The notes under the pieces: generated by a model
What the model saw: only the letters and a program-made list of their open reading frames with translations
Databases searched by the model: none
What the model was told of the DNA's origin: nothing
DNA from: Vicugna vicugna
Taxonomy: Eukaryota
Direction of reading: 5' to 3'
DNA: 64,000 nucleotides
Assembly (NCBI GenBank): GCA_013265495.1
Contig: MU057801.1
Span: forward strand, 1,233,879 to 1,297,878
Made by a program: the position numbers and the translations under genes
In this document: in pieces, positions 36,650 through 48,630 of the stretch
Layout: each line of letters opens with the position of its first letter
Numbering within the stretch: position 1 is the stretch's first letter

Positions 36650-37473
36650 GTTTAGTAGATACAAGTGTTGTTTACGTGCTCTGCTCATAAGAAAAAATAT
36701 TTGTGAGGCATAAAGAGATGCCTTGGCCACGGATCTTAAAGGAGCAGATCAGAGTGTCTGTTCTGTACCCATTTCAAGAGGAGAAAAGGGGAAGGTTCTG
36801 TCTGTTCAGGGTTCCATGCGTGCCTGCGTTTAGCTACACAGGTGAACACGCGTGAAAACCAAACACGGCTCATACCCGAGGACGTCTAGTCCCAGCCGTC
36901 CTTAGCTTTGTGTGTGCGTATGGGCTGCCACCCTTCCACGTATCAGGCAGTAAGCTGTGTCTCTCTCATGTGCATATTTTGACTTAGAGACTCAGTGGGA
37001 ATTAATTACATGATGCAAAAAAAAAGAAAAGCTTAATTGTACATTTATACTTCTACCTTGATTCATAAAGGATGTGAGGCAGTTTATAAGTAAGTATATT
37101 TGTGTACTTTAAACATTTAGTAAGAATCAGGACCTCGTAAATAAGGATCTTATAAATGTGAAAAGTTAAGATATGGGTGAAAAAAAATCACCTCTGCAGG
37201 CCACAGAGCCGACCAGGTCCTGCAGCTGAACTCTGACCTGGCTCTAAGCTCCCCGGGGGTCAGCTCAAAAAGCCAGTTACACTTCCCTTATTTTTAGGGA
37301 AAACCAAACCAAACCAAACCCAACCCTGATTCCTCAGGAAAAGAAGCACTTCCAACACTAAGCTCTGAAAGAAATTGCTCACAGGGGGCTTCACGTAGGA
37401 AACACTGAATATGCACTTCTTACTGGTTCCCTGGAAGATGGAGTTAGTATTTGCTAACGCTGGCTTGTCACAG

Positions 37474-37689
37474 TGGCCATTCCTCAAACACTTGGGACCT
37501 CGGTGCCACATCAGCTCAGTTACGGTAGCTCTGGGGACGGTGGACTAAATGATGTGTGTAACCTTCTGATGTTCCAGGAATGAATTCCATGCTTTTCAAA
37601 GAAACTTCATAAAAATCACAGCATCGTGACAGTTTGGTTGCCGGAAGGTCCTTGTGCTGAAGCTGACCGTGTCACTCCAGCTGGCACGG
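37474..37689 (+). pseudogene. Pseudogene exon ((V)AIPQTLGTSVPHQLSYGSSGDGGLNDVCNLLMFQE*IPCFSKKLHKNHSIVTVWLPEGPCAEADRVTPAGT)
   Basis: ctaac branch-like motif, tcacag| acceptor, G|gtcagt donor; 216 nt, phase 1-1, one stop at 37581. Confidence 0.6.
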
Positions 37690-38279
37690 GTCAGTCCCGG
37701 TTCAACCCTCTGGTGCTGCACTGCGGCTCTGGTCTCCCTCTAAATACAAGGAGATGCTATAGTAATCATATTATCACACTTACATTTGCTCCTTTTCATA
37801 CTAAAGTTCCCCCGGGACAAAACGATCTGTGATGAACACACACAATCATTAACCAAGAATGTGTCAAGAAATTCCTTATTGCTTAAGAGTGTCCAGTGCT
37901 GCAGAAAATTGGGAAGGGAGTCCCTCTGATACCAGGAAGAGGAAACTTATTCTTGGCATCTGCATCCTGATCTGGACGTGGTGCCTTTAAATTATATGCA
38001 GGTATGTATGTGTATTACTGTATGTGTTATTTTAAATTGTATGTACTTGCGCACATACACTTGTAAATATATATGCAGACCGGGTTCTAAACATTTGACT
38101 TACTAATGAACTTTTTAGAACATGTCCCACTTGTAAGGCGGAGATGAGGCTAAAATCCTGAAACCACTGTCATTAATCTTTTACTAATGTGCTAAGTGCA
38201 TTCATGGACTTGAGGTGTTTATCTCACTTGATAGTTACAATAGAGGAGAGCTTAACAGGAATTCAAGTGAAAAAAGATT

Positions 38280-39225
38280 CTTTTTTTCCAGTTTCAGTGA
38301 GAAATACTTGGCATACAGCACCGTGTACGTGGAAGGTGTGCAGCAGGTGATTTACACACATTGTGAAGTCATTCTCAGAGTAAGTTCAGTGAACATCCAT
38401 TAGCTCATACAGGTACAAAATTAAAGAAATGGAAACCATTTTTTTCCTGTGATGAGAACTCTTAGGATTTACTCTCAATCCCGTTCATATAGAGCAGAGA
38501 GCAGTGTTAGTTCCATGTATCATGTTGTATGTTATGTCCCGCATGTTCACCCTGTAACTGGAAGTTTGTACCTTTTGACTGCCTTCATCTAATTCCTTCC
38601 CCCGCCTCTGGTAACCACAAATCTGGTCTCTTTTTCTGTGTGTTTTTTTTTTGAAGTGTAACTGACCTACAACACTGTGTTAGTCCCTATTACACAGTGT
38701 AGTGACTCGATATTCCCATACATTTCAAACTGATCACCCCGATAACGCTTGTTACAGTGTGTCACCACACAGACACTACGTCATTACCTGTGTTCCCCAC
38801 ACTGTGCACGTCGTCCCTGGGACTCCTTCATTCTGCAGCTGGAAGTTTGTACCTCTTAATCTCCCTCACCTGGCAAACACCTGCTTGTTCTCTGTACCTA
38901 TAACTCTGTAACTCTGTTTATGTTTTGTGATGGTTGTTCATTTGTGGCTTTTTTTTAAGATTCCACATAGAAATAAAATCATACAGTATTTGTTTTTCTC
39001 TATCTGATTTATTTCACTTAGCATGATACCCTCTAGGTACAACCATTCTGTTACAAATGCCAAGATTTCATTATTTTTTATGGCTGAGTAATATTCTACT
39101 GTGTAAACATGCCACACCCTCTTTATCCGTTCATCTGTTAATGAGCACCTGTGTCGCTTCCGTACCTTGGCTGCTTTAAGTGATTCTGCAAGGAACACGG
39201 GGATGCATATTTCTTTCCTAATGAA
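38280..39225 (-). mobile_element. LINE-1 3' portions (composite), antisense
   Basis: gatttatttcacttagcatgataccctctagg; tttttatggctgagtaatattc. Confidence 0.85.
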
Positions 39226-39462
39226 AAAATATGCTGGAAGGGAGTGGGAAAGGGTCTCAGAGACACTTGTTTAGACGGCTTCCCTGCGTCTCTGCAGGGC
39301 CCACAGATTAGCATTTATGTGACATCTGAGTAGCGACTGGTGATGAAACTGTCCCTACATTGTCAGACGTATCACTGACATTTTGATGGCTGTCTACACA
39401 GTTTAAAAAACTTACTCTTCAGCTGGATATTTGTTTTGTACACATTCTCTTTGTAAAAACAG

Positions 39463-39692
39463 CAGAAAATTTGGATGTTTCTACTGGCCGTAAGCAGTTA
39501 ACAGAGCAGTGATAAAAAGTTTCTTTCCTGCAATTACTACAGTAATTTCTTCAGCAAAATTAATATATTTTCTCAAAGTTATGTGAATCTTTGGCTTGTA
39601 GATTATAGGCATGATCGATCAGCTCAATGTTATTAAAAGTATTGAAGTAATAAATAGAAGCTTCTTGCAAAACAACTCAAAGTAATATTGAG
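39463..39692 (+). pseudogene. Candidate pseudogene exon ((A)ENLDVSTGRKQL/RAVIKSFFPAITTVISSAKLIYFLKVM*IFGL*IIGMIDQLNVIKSIEVINRSFLQNNSK...)
   Basis: aaacag| acceptor and strong AG|gtatgt donor; phase 1-1 with one frameshift; unique sequence between repeats. Confidence 0.45.
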
Positions 39693-39840
39693 GTATGTTA
39701 GAGCGGTTCTGTCCACTAGAATTATGTGAACCACACACATAGTCTAAATGTTTTTAGCAGCTACATTAAACAAAGTGAAAAGAAACAGGTGAGATTAAAT
39801 AAACATGTAACCCAATATATTGAAATATTATCTGTAGCTC

Positions 39841-40140
39841 TGGGGTGGGAACCAGCAAGCAATGGCCTCCCAGCCAAGTTCAACCAGGCAGCTGCTCTAC
39901 GGCCCAGGAGCTAAGGATGGTTTCGACATTTAAATGGCTGAGAAATCAAATGAATAATATTTTGTGACCTGTAAAATTGTGTGAAATTCGCATTTCAGCT
40001 GTCATAAATGAAATGTCATTGAACATAGCCACACACCTCTGTCAGTGGCGGAGTCGGGAAGTCGTGAGTGAGGCCGTGTGGCCCACAAGCCTAGAGTGTT
40101 TACTTGCTGCACTTTTGCAGGAGATGTTGGTCAGCCTCCG
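39841..40140. mobile_element. hAT-Charlie DNA transposon relic (MER58B-like)
   Basis: ggagctaaggatggtttcgacatttaaatggctg...gtggcccacaagcctagagtgtttact. Confidence 0.65.
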
Positions 40141-41381
40141 TCTGGGTGACAGTGAAAGTCACCTGCACAAATGCCCAATCCCACACCCATGTCCAGAAGT
40201 GACCACTTTACGGGCTTTCTACTTCATATACACACACACACACACATTCTATGTGAATACACATGTATTCTGTAGTTTTCTTCTTTATGCACCCACAACT
40301 TATATTCACAATTAAAGAACATAATGGCGTCACTACACATATGTGCTGGTGTCTTACCTGTGTCTCAGGTCGGCTTCCACACCCGTGCTGGCACGCGTGC
40401 TCCGCGTCGGTGCAGGTGCCGCCACGTCCGCGCACGGCAGTGCTCGTCGTCCTTTCTAATGATCACACTATTTATGTTCCATGATGTGGTTTTACTGCAC
40501 GTCGTTTTATCAGCCTCCTGTTAATGAGTTTAGGCTCTTTCCTCTCCTCCCCTCCCCTGCCCTCGGTGCCCCCACTTCCTCTCTCTCCCTATTACAAACA
40601 GGGCTGCTCTCATCATACATGCAGATCTGAGTGTATCGGTACAAATATTTCTGCAGGATAGATTTCTAGAAGTACAGTTGGATCAAAGGGTAAGTTTATT
40701 ATGTCTTTTGGTGGAAGTTGCCAAATTACCCTCCCCAAAACACTGCATCAATTTACATGTCGGCAGTGGGTGATGTACCCTTTTCTCCCTGCATCTCTCA
40801 CCAGTGCTGGATAATCCTTTAAAAAGTTTTTTTTTTTTTACCAGTCTGGTTCAGTTTTATGTACTTAACAGTATTTTAAAAAATATACTTCTATTTACCA
40901 AAGCACTGTTGCTCATTTAAAAAACCAAGAAAGAAAAGATTAACCAAGAAATATATAAAGTGTGAGGGGAAAATACTCTGAAATCACATTCAGAAATAAG
41001 CACTCTTAAGTAAGCTTTCAGGCTGGAAAGTTTGGCTTAGGACTCTGTCGCATTTGCCTTTGCGTCTCTGTTTCTTTCCTTTGAGAGGAAGATGGCTTAG
41101 TAAGAAGCAATCATGCTTTAGAATTAGACTCCAGTCGACTCCTACTCTATCAAACTGTAAAATCTGATGGCAAATTTTACTTAATCTTTCTGAACTCAGT
41201 TTTCCCATCTGTGGAAGTGTGGAGTCAGACTCAGCAGGTTTAAGTAATAGATGGAATCACGCATCATAAGTGTTCCGTAAAGTGCCTGCTTTCCTTATTG
41301 CTTCCTTCCTTTTGTTCTCACCACTTTCTCCCTGAGAACAATGCAGAGACGTACTTCCTAACACACCATGTTCTACTGCAG

Positions 41382-41737
41382 AGGCTGGCAACCCACCGCG
41401 TGTCAAGGAGGTGGCTGAGAATAACGTTAGTCATGGTGATGGATGTGGACTTGCAGATGGAAGGGTTTACGCCTTCAAGGGGGGAGCCATGCCACCGTCT
41501 CCTGACACCTCCCTTCAGCCAGTCTCCGCTGTCCCATGACATCCTGCGTGTCAATAACGTCACCTTCCCTTCGGGGAAAACGTGACTCCAGGCACAGAGG
41601 AAGTCAACGGCATAACCCCTGGAATCGACCAAACGGGGAAGTTCCTTGTGCAGGTAGCTGACCTTCGAGAAGTCGTATGGCAGCGTCCAGACACCCTGAA
41701 GGCTGTGTCCTGGAAAGCCCTGTGTGGGGTCCCCACA
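41382..41737 (+). pseudogene. Pseudogene exon with GDGCG and PACQ*R motifs ((E)AGNPPRVKEVAENNVSHGDGCGLADGRVYAFKGGAMPPSPDTSLQPVSAVP*HPACQ*RHLPFGENVTPGTEEVNGITPGIDQTGKFLVQVADLREVVWQRPDTLKAVSWKALCGVPT)
   Basis: cctaac branch-like motif, ctgcag| acceptor, ACA|gtaagc donor; 356 nt = 2 nt + 118 codons with no frameshift and only two stops (41537, 41555). Confidence 0.7.
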
Positions 41738-42676
41738 GTAAGCAGCACGGCACGTGCTGCTAAAGGTGAGCTCTGCAAGCAGCGCGGTGTCTCGCATGTG
41801 AGTCACCCGGTGTCGTTTGGCTGCTAAACTAACAGCCGCAGAACCTGCGTCTGGTGGTGGTGGTGGGGGGCTCTCAGCCTCTCCCACAGCCGCGTGGGTG
41901 CTGCTCTGTCCGCTCGGCCCCTCTGCCGGTGATCGCTTGTGGGTCGCCCCCACCTCCCAGGCTGCAGACACAGAGAGGAAGGCTCTGTCCTCACGAAGCC
42001 CGCCTGGCAGGGGCGGGAAGGGGGAGGAAAGGGAGGAGTGGGCCAACAGTCACGATTTATGTGAGAAAGGGCCGTGGTGGTCATGCCTGAGGGGCATGGA
42101 AGCACAAAGGGCAGTGGAGGATCAGGGAAGGAGACCTGGCTGAAGTGACACTTGGGTGAATTGTGTGGATCAGGGAGGTGGGAGGTGGAAACGACACTTC
42201 AGACAGAAGAGCAGCTTCAGAGGCACAGACGCAGTTCCTGTCCATGAGCTGTTAGCCAATGTTTACCATGTGCCGGGACCCAGAAGGCACGGCGCGCTCA
42301 GGGGACGGCTACACGTGCCTGGAGCGCGAGGCGCAAGCTGGGGACTAGCGGGAGGTGGGCCTGGGGAGCTTGGCAGGCCCCCCCAGGTCGTTACGAACCT
42401 TGTATATGGTGCTAAATAACTTGGGCTTTGTCCATAGAGAGCGAGAAGGCTGGCTTCATGCTTTAGAAGCATCAGTGTGGTGAGTGAATCCAGGATCACC
42501 GTGCTGGAGACAGCGCATCCAGCTAGGAGGCCGCTGCAAACGTCCATTCAGGAATGCAGGCTCGAGGTAAAGCAGCATCCATGGAGATGGAGCAGGACAG
42601 AAATGAGGGTTCAGGGGTGGGACAGGTGGACCTGGGAGTCGCCATGCCCCTCGTCCCCTTGAGCCGTTCGTCTCAG

Positions 42677-43226
42677 TGACTTAGCAGGTTAAGAAAATAC
42701 CCAGCCTGGTGGAGAAACTCATGCCACCGGTTTGCGCTTAAGTGCGTATTGTGTGATTTACAACGACTTGCCTTGTGTGAGGAGGGGGTTTATTTGAATG
42801 ATCCTGGGGTTGGTCTCACAGACCAGAGAAGGACAGACACGCAGCTGATGCCAGGGACCAGTGGAGCCGGAAAGCCCTGTGCCCGCACATTGGCCTCCTG
42901 CCTTCCCTTTGCGTGCCGGTCGCGCTCCTGCTGCCACACGCCAGTGGCCTCCACGCGGCCAGTTGCCGGCGGCTCCTGCGCCTCCCGCTCCGCACTGTCC
43001 CGCTGGGAGAGCGGCTTCTGCTCCGCTCCTGGGAAGGGCTGACGGGCTCGGCTCGGGACAAGTGCCAGCCCGCTCTGGCCACGGTTCCACGATGGGCAGT
43101 CACCCCTGGTTCAAGATGTGTGTGTCTGAGCAGGCTGGACAGAGGGCAGCTCCCTGTGGAGGGAGGGCCAGGACACACAAAGCGTGGCCACCGAAGCCTC
43201 GCTGCTGCGTCCGGCACCTGCAGCCG
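42677..43226 (+). pseudogene. Candidate pseudogene exon (*LSRLRKYPAWWRNSCHRFALKCVLCDLQRLALCEEGVYLNDPG ... GSHPWFK ...), frameshifted
   Basis: tctcag| phase 0 matches the previous donor; G|gtacct candidate donor; internal frame uncertain. Confidence 0.4.
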
Positions 43227-43383
43227 GTACCTTCCCTCTGGCTTCTGTGCTGCGGCTGATGCCACCGACCACCTTCGCTTTCTGGAAAGCTGCTTCCTTA
43301 GTTCTGCTGCTGCCTCCCCTCCAACGCCATGCTCCTTCTGTGGTCCCGAGGCTGGGTCCTCTTCCTCTTCTTGCCCCTTCCAG

Positions 43384-43713
43384 TTGATGATGTTCAAAAC
43401 TCCGCCCTTGATAGTCTGTGAGCAGATCGCAGGCTTTGGTTGGTAGATCTCAAGCTGGGTGCTGCCCCCCCAACTTTGTTGAACACCCAGCAGGGAGAGG
43501 ACGAGCGCAGTGGCAGGGCCGCTCCTCCGCTTCCCGCCGGGCGCCTTACCACCAGCTCACAGCTCTGTTACCTCGTGGCTTAGTGGAGGCACAGAGCCAG
43601 TCTTCGGTGGGAGGACTCAGTTCCCCTGCTCTTCACTCAGAGCATCTGTTGTTCTGATGGCGTTAGCAACACCTCTCTGTGGATGACTATCCCCTGGCCA
43701 CCCTACTTCCAGG
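43384..43713 (+). pseudogene. Candidate pseudogene exon (VDDVQNSALDSL*ADRRLWLVDL ... RRAPYHQLTALLPRGLVE ... CSDGV ... VDDYPLATLLP), frameshifted
   Basis: Strong pyrimidine tract cttcctcttcttgccccttccag|; GG|gtacat candidate donor. Confidence 0.45.
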
Positions 43714-44039
43714 GTACATCCTGTGATCTGGTCGGGCTGGTCTTGTAGTTCCATGGACACGCCAAGAAGAGCCTGGTTCTCCGTCCTCGTGCCTGTCCTC
43801 CTCCTAACAGTTCATGAACCATTCACGCATCAGGGCCCAGCGTAAACGCTCTCTTCCACATAGATGGTCCTGGCCACTCCAGCCCTTTTAAGCTCTCTCT
43901 CTCCCCTCGGTGCCCTGCTCCAACTTATAGTTGCTAGTACATGATTAGATTCATCACTTACATTTATCAATTTTTTGTTGTTATTTTGTCCTTGTTGGAG
44001 AGCATCATGCGGAAAGAACTGGACTCTTTTGCTCTAATG

Positions 44040-44945
44040 AGATCTATTTGGCATATAACATTGTATCAGTGTTACGTATCCGGTATCCAGCGTGGTGATT
44101 TGATATGTGTACCTGTTGTGAAATGGTCGCCACACATCACTGCACATAGTTACAAATGTTATTTTTTCCTCTGGTGAGAACTTTGAAGATCTAATCTCTT
44201 GGCAACTTTCAAATATACAATATGGAATTGTTAACTGTAGTCACTGTTCTGTCAGTTACACCCCCAGGACTTACGTATCTTATGACCAGAAGTTTGCACA
44301 TTTTGTTCACCTTTGCAGGTTTCCTCCCACCCCACCTCAGCAACCACTAGTCTGTTCTCTGCATTGATGCATTTTTTGTTTATTGTCTTTAGATTCCACA
44401 TGTAAATGAGATCATATAGTATTTGTCTTTCTCTGTCTGAGTTATTTCACTTAGCACAATGCCCTCAAGGTCCATTCATGTTGTTGAAAATGGCAGGATT
44501 GCCGTCTCTTTATGGCTGAATAATGTTCGCGCGCGCGTGTGTGTATTATGTTTTCTTTACCTATTCATCTCTTGTTGGATGCACATTGTTTCCATGTCTT
44601 GGCTGTTGTAGATAATGCTGCAGTGAACATGAGGCTTTGGATTTCTTGAGTTACTGATTTCGTTTCCTTCGGATAAATACCCAGAGGCAGAGTTGCTGGA
44701 TCATATGACAGTCCTAGTTTTAAGTTTTTTGAGGAATCTTCATACCGTATTCCACAGTGACTGGACCAATTCACATCCCCACCAGCAGTGCACAAGGGCT
44801 TCCTTTTTCCACATCCTGCACAACTCTTGTTATTTCTTGTCTTTTGGACAATAGCCGTTCTTACTGGTACCTCATGGTTCCGACTTGGATTTCCCTGATG
44901 ATTAGTGATGTTGAGCACCTTTTTATGTACATGCCGGTCATTTGC
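44040..44945 (-). mobile_element. LINE-1 3' portion, antisense
   Basis: tttagattccacatgtaaatgagatcat; ccctgatgattagtgatgttgagcacctttt. Confidence 0.9.
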
Positions 44946-45734
44946 ATGGATTCTGATGCCAGCTCTCGTACTAACTAGGGATATAAAACTGGGCAAGTGA
45001 TTTGACCTCTTTGGGGTGGTTTCCACGTGTGTAGAATGAAGGGCACTGACCTGGCCCTGGAAAATATCACAGATTTATTCCACAGGAATTCAAAATTCCT
45101 GTAAAGCAAACTGTAGCACAAGCAAGGTTAAAAGACACACGGCTGGGAAAATGTGTGTCACATGTATGCGCAGAGTCAGCATTGCTGCTATAAAAGTGCC
45201 TGTAAACAAAAAAGCCAGTGGAAAGTGAGTAATTCACAACAGAAATAACACAGATGTTAATAACTCCCTAAAAGGATGCTCATTCCACTGGAGTTTTAGG
45301 GACGTGAAAATTGAAACAGCTATGAAAAAGCCATTTCTCTTCCCCAGAATTCTATCTAGAGCTGGAGAATATAGGACCACAAAGGTACATTGCTGATGAG
45401 AGTATAAAGCAATATGGCTTTTTGGTCTCAAAATGTTAAAAATACGTTCTGATCTATCCAATTCTTCTCCGGGACTGTAGTCTGCAAAAATTCAGATAGA
45501 TCTATAGGATCTGTCTGTCTGTGTCCTTGGAAGGAATCTATATCTTACTGATAGCAGCACAATTTGGAGTACTATAAATAATGAGTTCCCATCAATAGGA
45601 AAGTGCTAGGTAGTCACTGAAAATAGCGAGGGAGGGTTGCGTTCAGCTGAACTCATAAGGATAAACAGACATTACTGATTCTGCAAGTTCAAGAACATGA
45701 TCCCATTTTGTAACAAGTATTATGTATTTATTGT

Positions 45735-47099
45735 TATTTTTCATAGAAGTATAGTTGATTTACAATGTTGTGTTAGTTTCAGGTGTACAGCAAAGTGACT
45801 CAAATATATATGTGTGTGTATATATATATATTCTTTTTCAGATTGCTTTCCATTATAAATTACAAGATATTGAATATAGTTCCCTGTGCTCTTCAGTAGG
45901 TCCTTGTTATTTATCTATTTTATATACAGTAGTGTGTATCTGTTAATCCCAAACTCCTAATTTATCCCCTTCCCCCTTTACCCTTTGGTAACCATAGTTT
46001 GTTTTCTATGTCTGTGAGTCTGTTTCTGGTTTGTAAATAAGTACATTTATATTATTTTTTAAAAATATTCCATATATAAATAATATCATATGATATTTGT
46101 TTTTGTTTGACTTACTTCGCTTAATAAGATAATCTCTAGGTCCATCCATGTTGCTGCAAATGGCATTATTTCATTCTTTTTTATGGCCGAGTAATATTCC
46201 ATTGCATGTATATATATCACATTTTTTAAATTCTTATTTTTTATTGAAATGTAGTCGATTTACAGTGTTAGTTTCAGGTGTACAGCAAATCGATTCAGTT
46301 ATAAATACAGGTAGATACATTTTTTTCAGATTCTTTTCCATTACGGCTCATTACAAGAAGTTGAATCTAGTTCCCTGGGCTCCACAGTAGGTCCTTGTTG
46401 TTTATCTGTTGTATATATAGCAGTGTTACACCACATCTTCTTTATCCAGTCATCTGTTGATGGACATTTAAGTTGCTTCCATAGGTTGTCTGTTGTAAGT
46501 AATGCTGCTCTGAGCATTGGGGTGCATGCATTTTTTCAAATTACTGTCTTCATTTTCTTCAGATGTACACCCAGGAATGGTAGTTTAGGTTTAGTTTTCT
46601 GAGGAACCTCCACACTGTCTTCCACAGTGGCTGCACTAGTTTACATTCACACCAACAGTGTGCCAAGGTTTCCTTTCCTCCACATCCTTGCCGACATCTC
46701 TTATTTGTGATCTTCTTAATGAGAGACATTCTGACAGGTGTCAGGCTAGATCTCCTGGTGGGTTTGATCGGTATTTTTCTGAGAATTAGTGATGTTGAGC
46801 ATCTTTTCATGAGCTTATGGCCATCCATGTGTCTTCTTTGGAAAATGTCTGTTCAGGTCTTCTGCCCATTTTTTTTTTTAATTTTTAGAAGTTGAAAGCC
46901 TTTATTTAGAAATATATTCAAATGATTATTATCTGCCCATTTTTAAATTGAGTTGTTTGGTTTTTGATATTGAGTTGTATGAGCTGTTTATATATTTTGC
47001 TTATTAACCCTGTATCCCTCATGTCCTTGGCAGATATTTCCCCCGTGCAGTGATTGTCTTTTCATTTTGTTAATGCTTTCCTTTACTGTGCAAAAGTTT
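45735..47099 (-). mobile_element. LINE-1 3' portion, antisense, with a second short L1 3' end nested at about 46225-46425
   Basis: gtgttagtttcaggtgtacagcaaa occurs twice; ORF2-derived sequence continues to about 47099. Confidence 0.9.
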
Positions 47100-47104
47100 C
47101 ACAG

Positions 47105-47464
47105 CATCAAAAGTTCTCTTGGTGAAAATTTTATGTATGTAGGCAGATCTTAATTCAATAGAAGAGACTTCTGGCAAAATTGTTCAACAATATTGGGCAT
47201 ATGGGTGGTAGTTCATGAATTTGGAAATCCACGCCTAAGTGTGCGTTGATTTGAGAGTCCACTCAGGTTTTCCTGCTCCCCTGGGTGAGCCTATAAAAGC
47301 AGAAGCTAAGCGACAACTCTTCAGGTGCTGGCGATAAAGGCTAAGGTATCTTGGATGAGAGGTGGCACTGTACACCTTCCAATGTGGAGATTCGCTGATT
47401 CTCAGACAATGTATCCATCAAGCCTCCCCAGAGGGAAGAGTCTGCTTCTCTTCCAGATTTTTGT
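47105..47464 (+). pseudogene. Candidate pseudogene exon (IKSSLGENFMYVG/DLNSIEETSGKIVQQYWAYGW*FMNLEIH...)
   Basis: ttcacag| immediately after an L1 end; phase 2 matches the previous candidate donor; |gtgagt donor. Confidence 0.4.
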
Positions 47465-48540
47465 GTGAGTAGCGTTTAAATCCGTCTGCGCACTTTTGAT
47501 GGTGACGGCCTAGAGGAAGCTGAGTGTCATAAACCCCGGTCCAGCTTTAGGCGGGGAGCCCTCCGCAGCAAGAGGTTGTCACGAGCCAGCAGCCCAGCCT
47601 GGCGCCGTGCGCCTGGGACCCCGGTGGGCAAGCTTAGCTCTGCGTGTGGTGCTGCGGTGACCCTGCTCACAATGTGCCCGCGAGGCAGGCGACGCAAGAT
47701 GCTTTGTGCACCAGCTCCTGTGAAGTGACTTTCCCCTCATGCAGAAACTTATGTGCAGGAAAGAGATGGGCTCAAGATGTCTTAAAATTTATCACCACTG
47801 CTGGGAAAATGCTGTGTGCATCAGGCTTGCCGAAAATCCAAAACTTGTGTGAGTGTGCCTGCTTTGTATTGCTTTTGTGCCAAAAGCTCTATTGTCAGTG
47901 ATAAAGGAGAGAAAGACCTTGGTTGCTTGTTTTGCATCTTACTGTTTTATTCTGAAGAAACATTCATATTCCCAAATGTTAAAAAATAAACAAATCTTTT
48001 AATAGTTGTTCTCAAGTGCTAAGAAATGTCCATTTGAAATAACAATGTTTCTGAATTTTATATAATTCATGGTTTCTAAACCCTGTACAACTCATGGCTT
48101 TTTTCCCTGTAACCAACTCAAGATATATTTATGACATATTTTATGTGTTTTAGGGACCACTTAAGTTGACTTCAATATATGTCCTAAAGAGTTGAGCCTA
48201 GAATATTTAGGTTCTTGCCCAAGTCGCTTTTGATGGTTAATGGCAGAGTTGATTGGTTTTATGTAAAGTGATCCTTTCTTAGCACTCATAATTTTAAAAA
48301 TTTTAGAATTAAAGTATAATTTACATGCATTAAAATCCACCTTTTTTAGTGTTCAATTCTGTGAACTTTGACAAATGCATACAGTCATGTAACTACCACT
48401 ACAATCAAAATAGAGAATATTTCCATTAACCCAAAATAATTCAACTGTGCCGTTTTAAATATTTAGATTTTACTTTTAGGTCTATGATTTACTTTATGTC
48501 AGTTTTTGTGAGTATGTGAGGAGGTGAGGATCTACTTATT

Positions 48541-48630
48541 TCCTGCCTGCCTGCCTTCCTTCCTTCCTTCCTTCCTTCCTTCCTTCTCTCTCTCTCCCTC
48601 CCTACTTCCTTTCTACCTTCCTTTCTTTCA
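48541..48630. repeat. (CCTT)n/(CT)n pyrimidine microsatellite inside old L1 sequence
   Basis: Directly visible. Confidence 0.9.

Larger units (their letters stand above)
31467..47464 (+). pseudogene. Large multi-exon unprocessed pseudogene, divergent from NKX2-4; tentatively cellular RdRP-like (double-psi beta-barrel polymerase)
   Basis: Chain of AG..GT-bounded segments with mostly compatible phases and protein-like translation, interrupted by scattered stops and frameshifts (see individual exons). The RdRP identity is a by-eye motif inference. Confidence 0.65.

Noticed and set aside
41453..41482. ADGRVYAFKG resembling a hemopexin repeat
   Set aside because: Single isolated match with no further repeats; the surrounding motifs fit another family better.
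41318..42046. 242-aa minus-strand ORF
   Set aside because: No recognisable domain; it lies antisense to the splice-bounded + strand DGCG exon and is best explained as its shadow.
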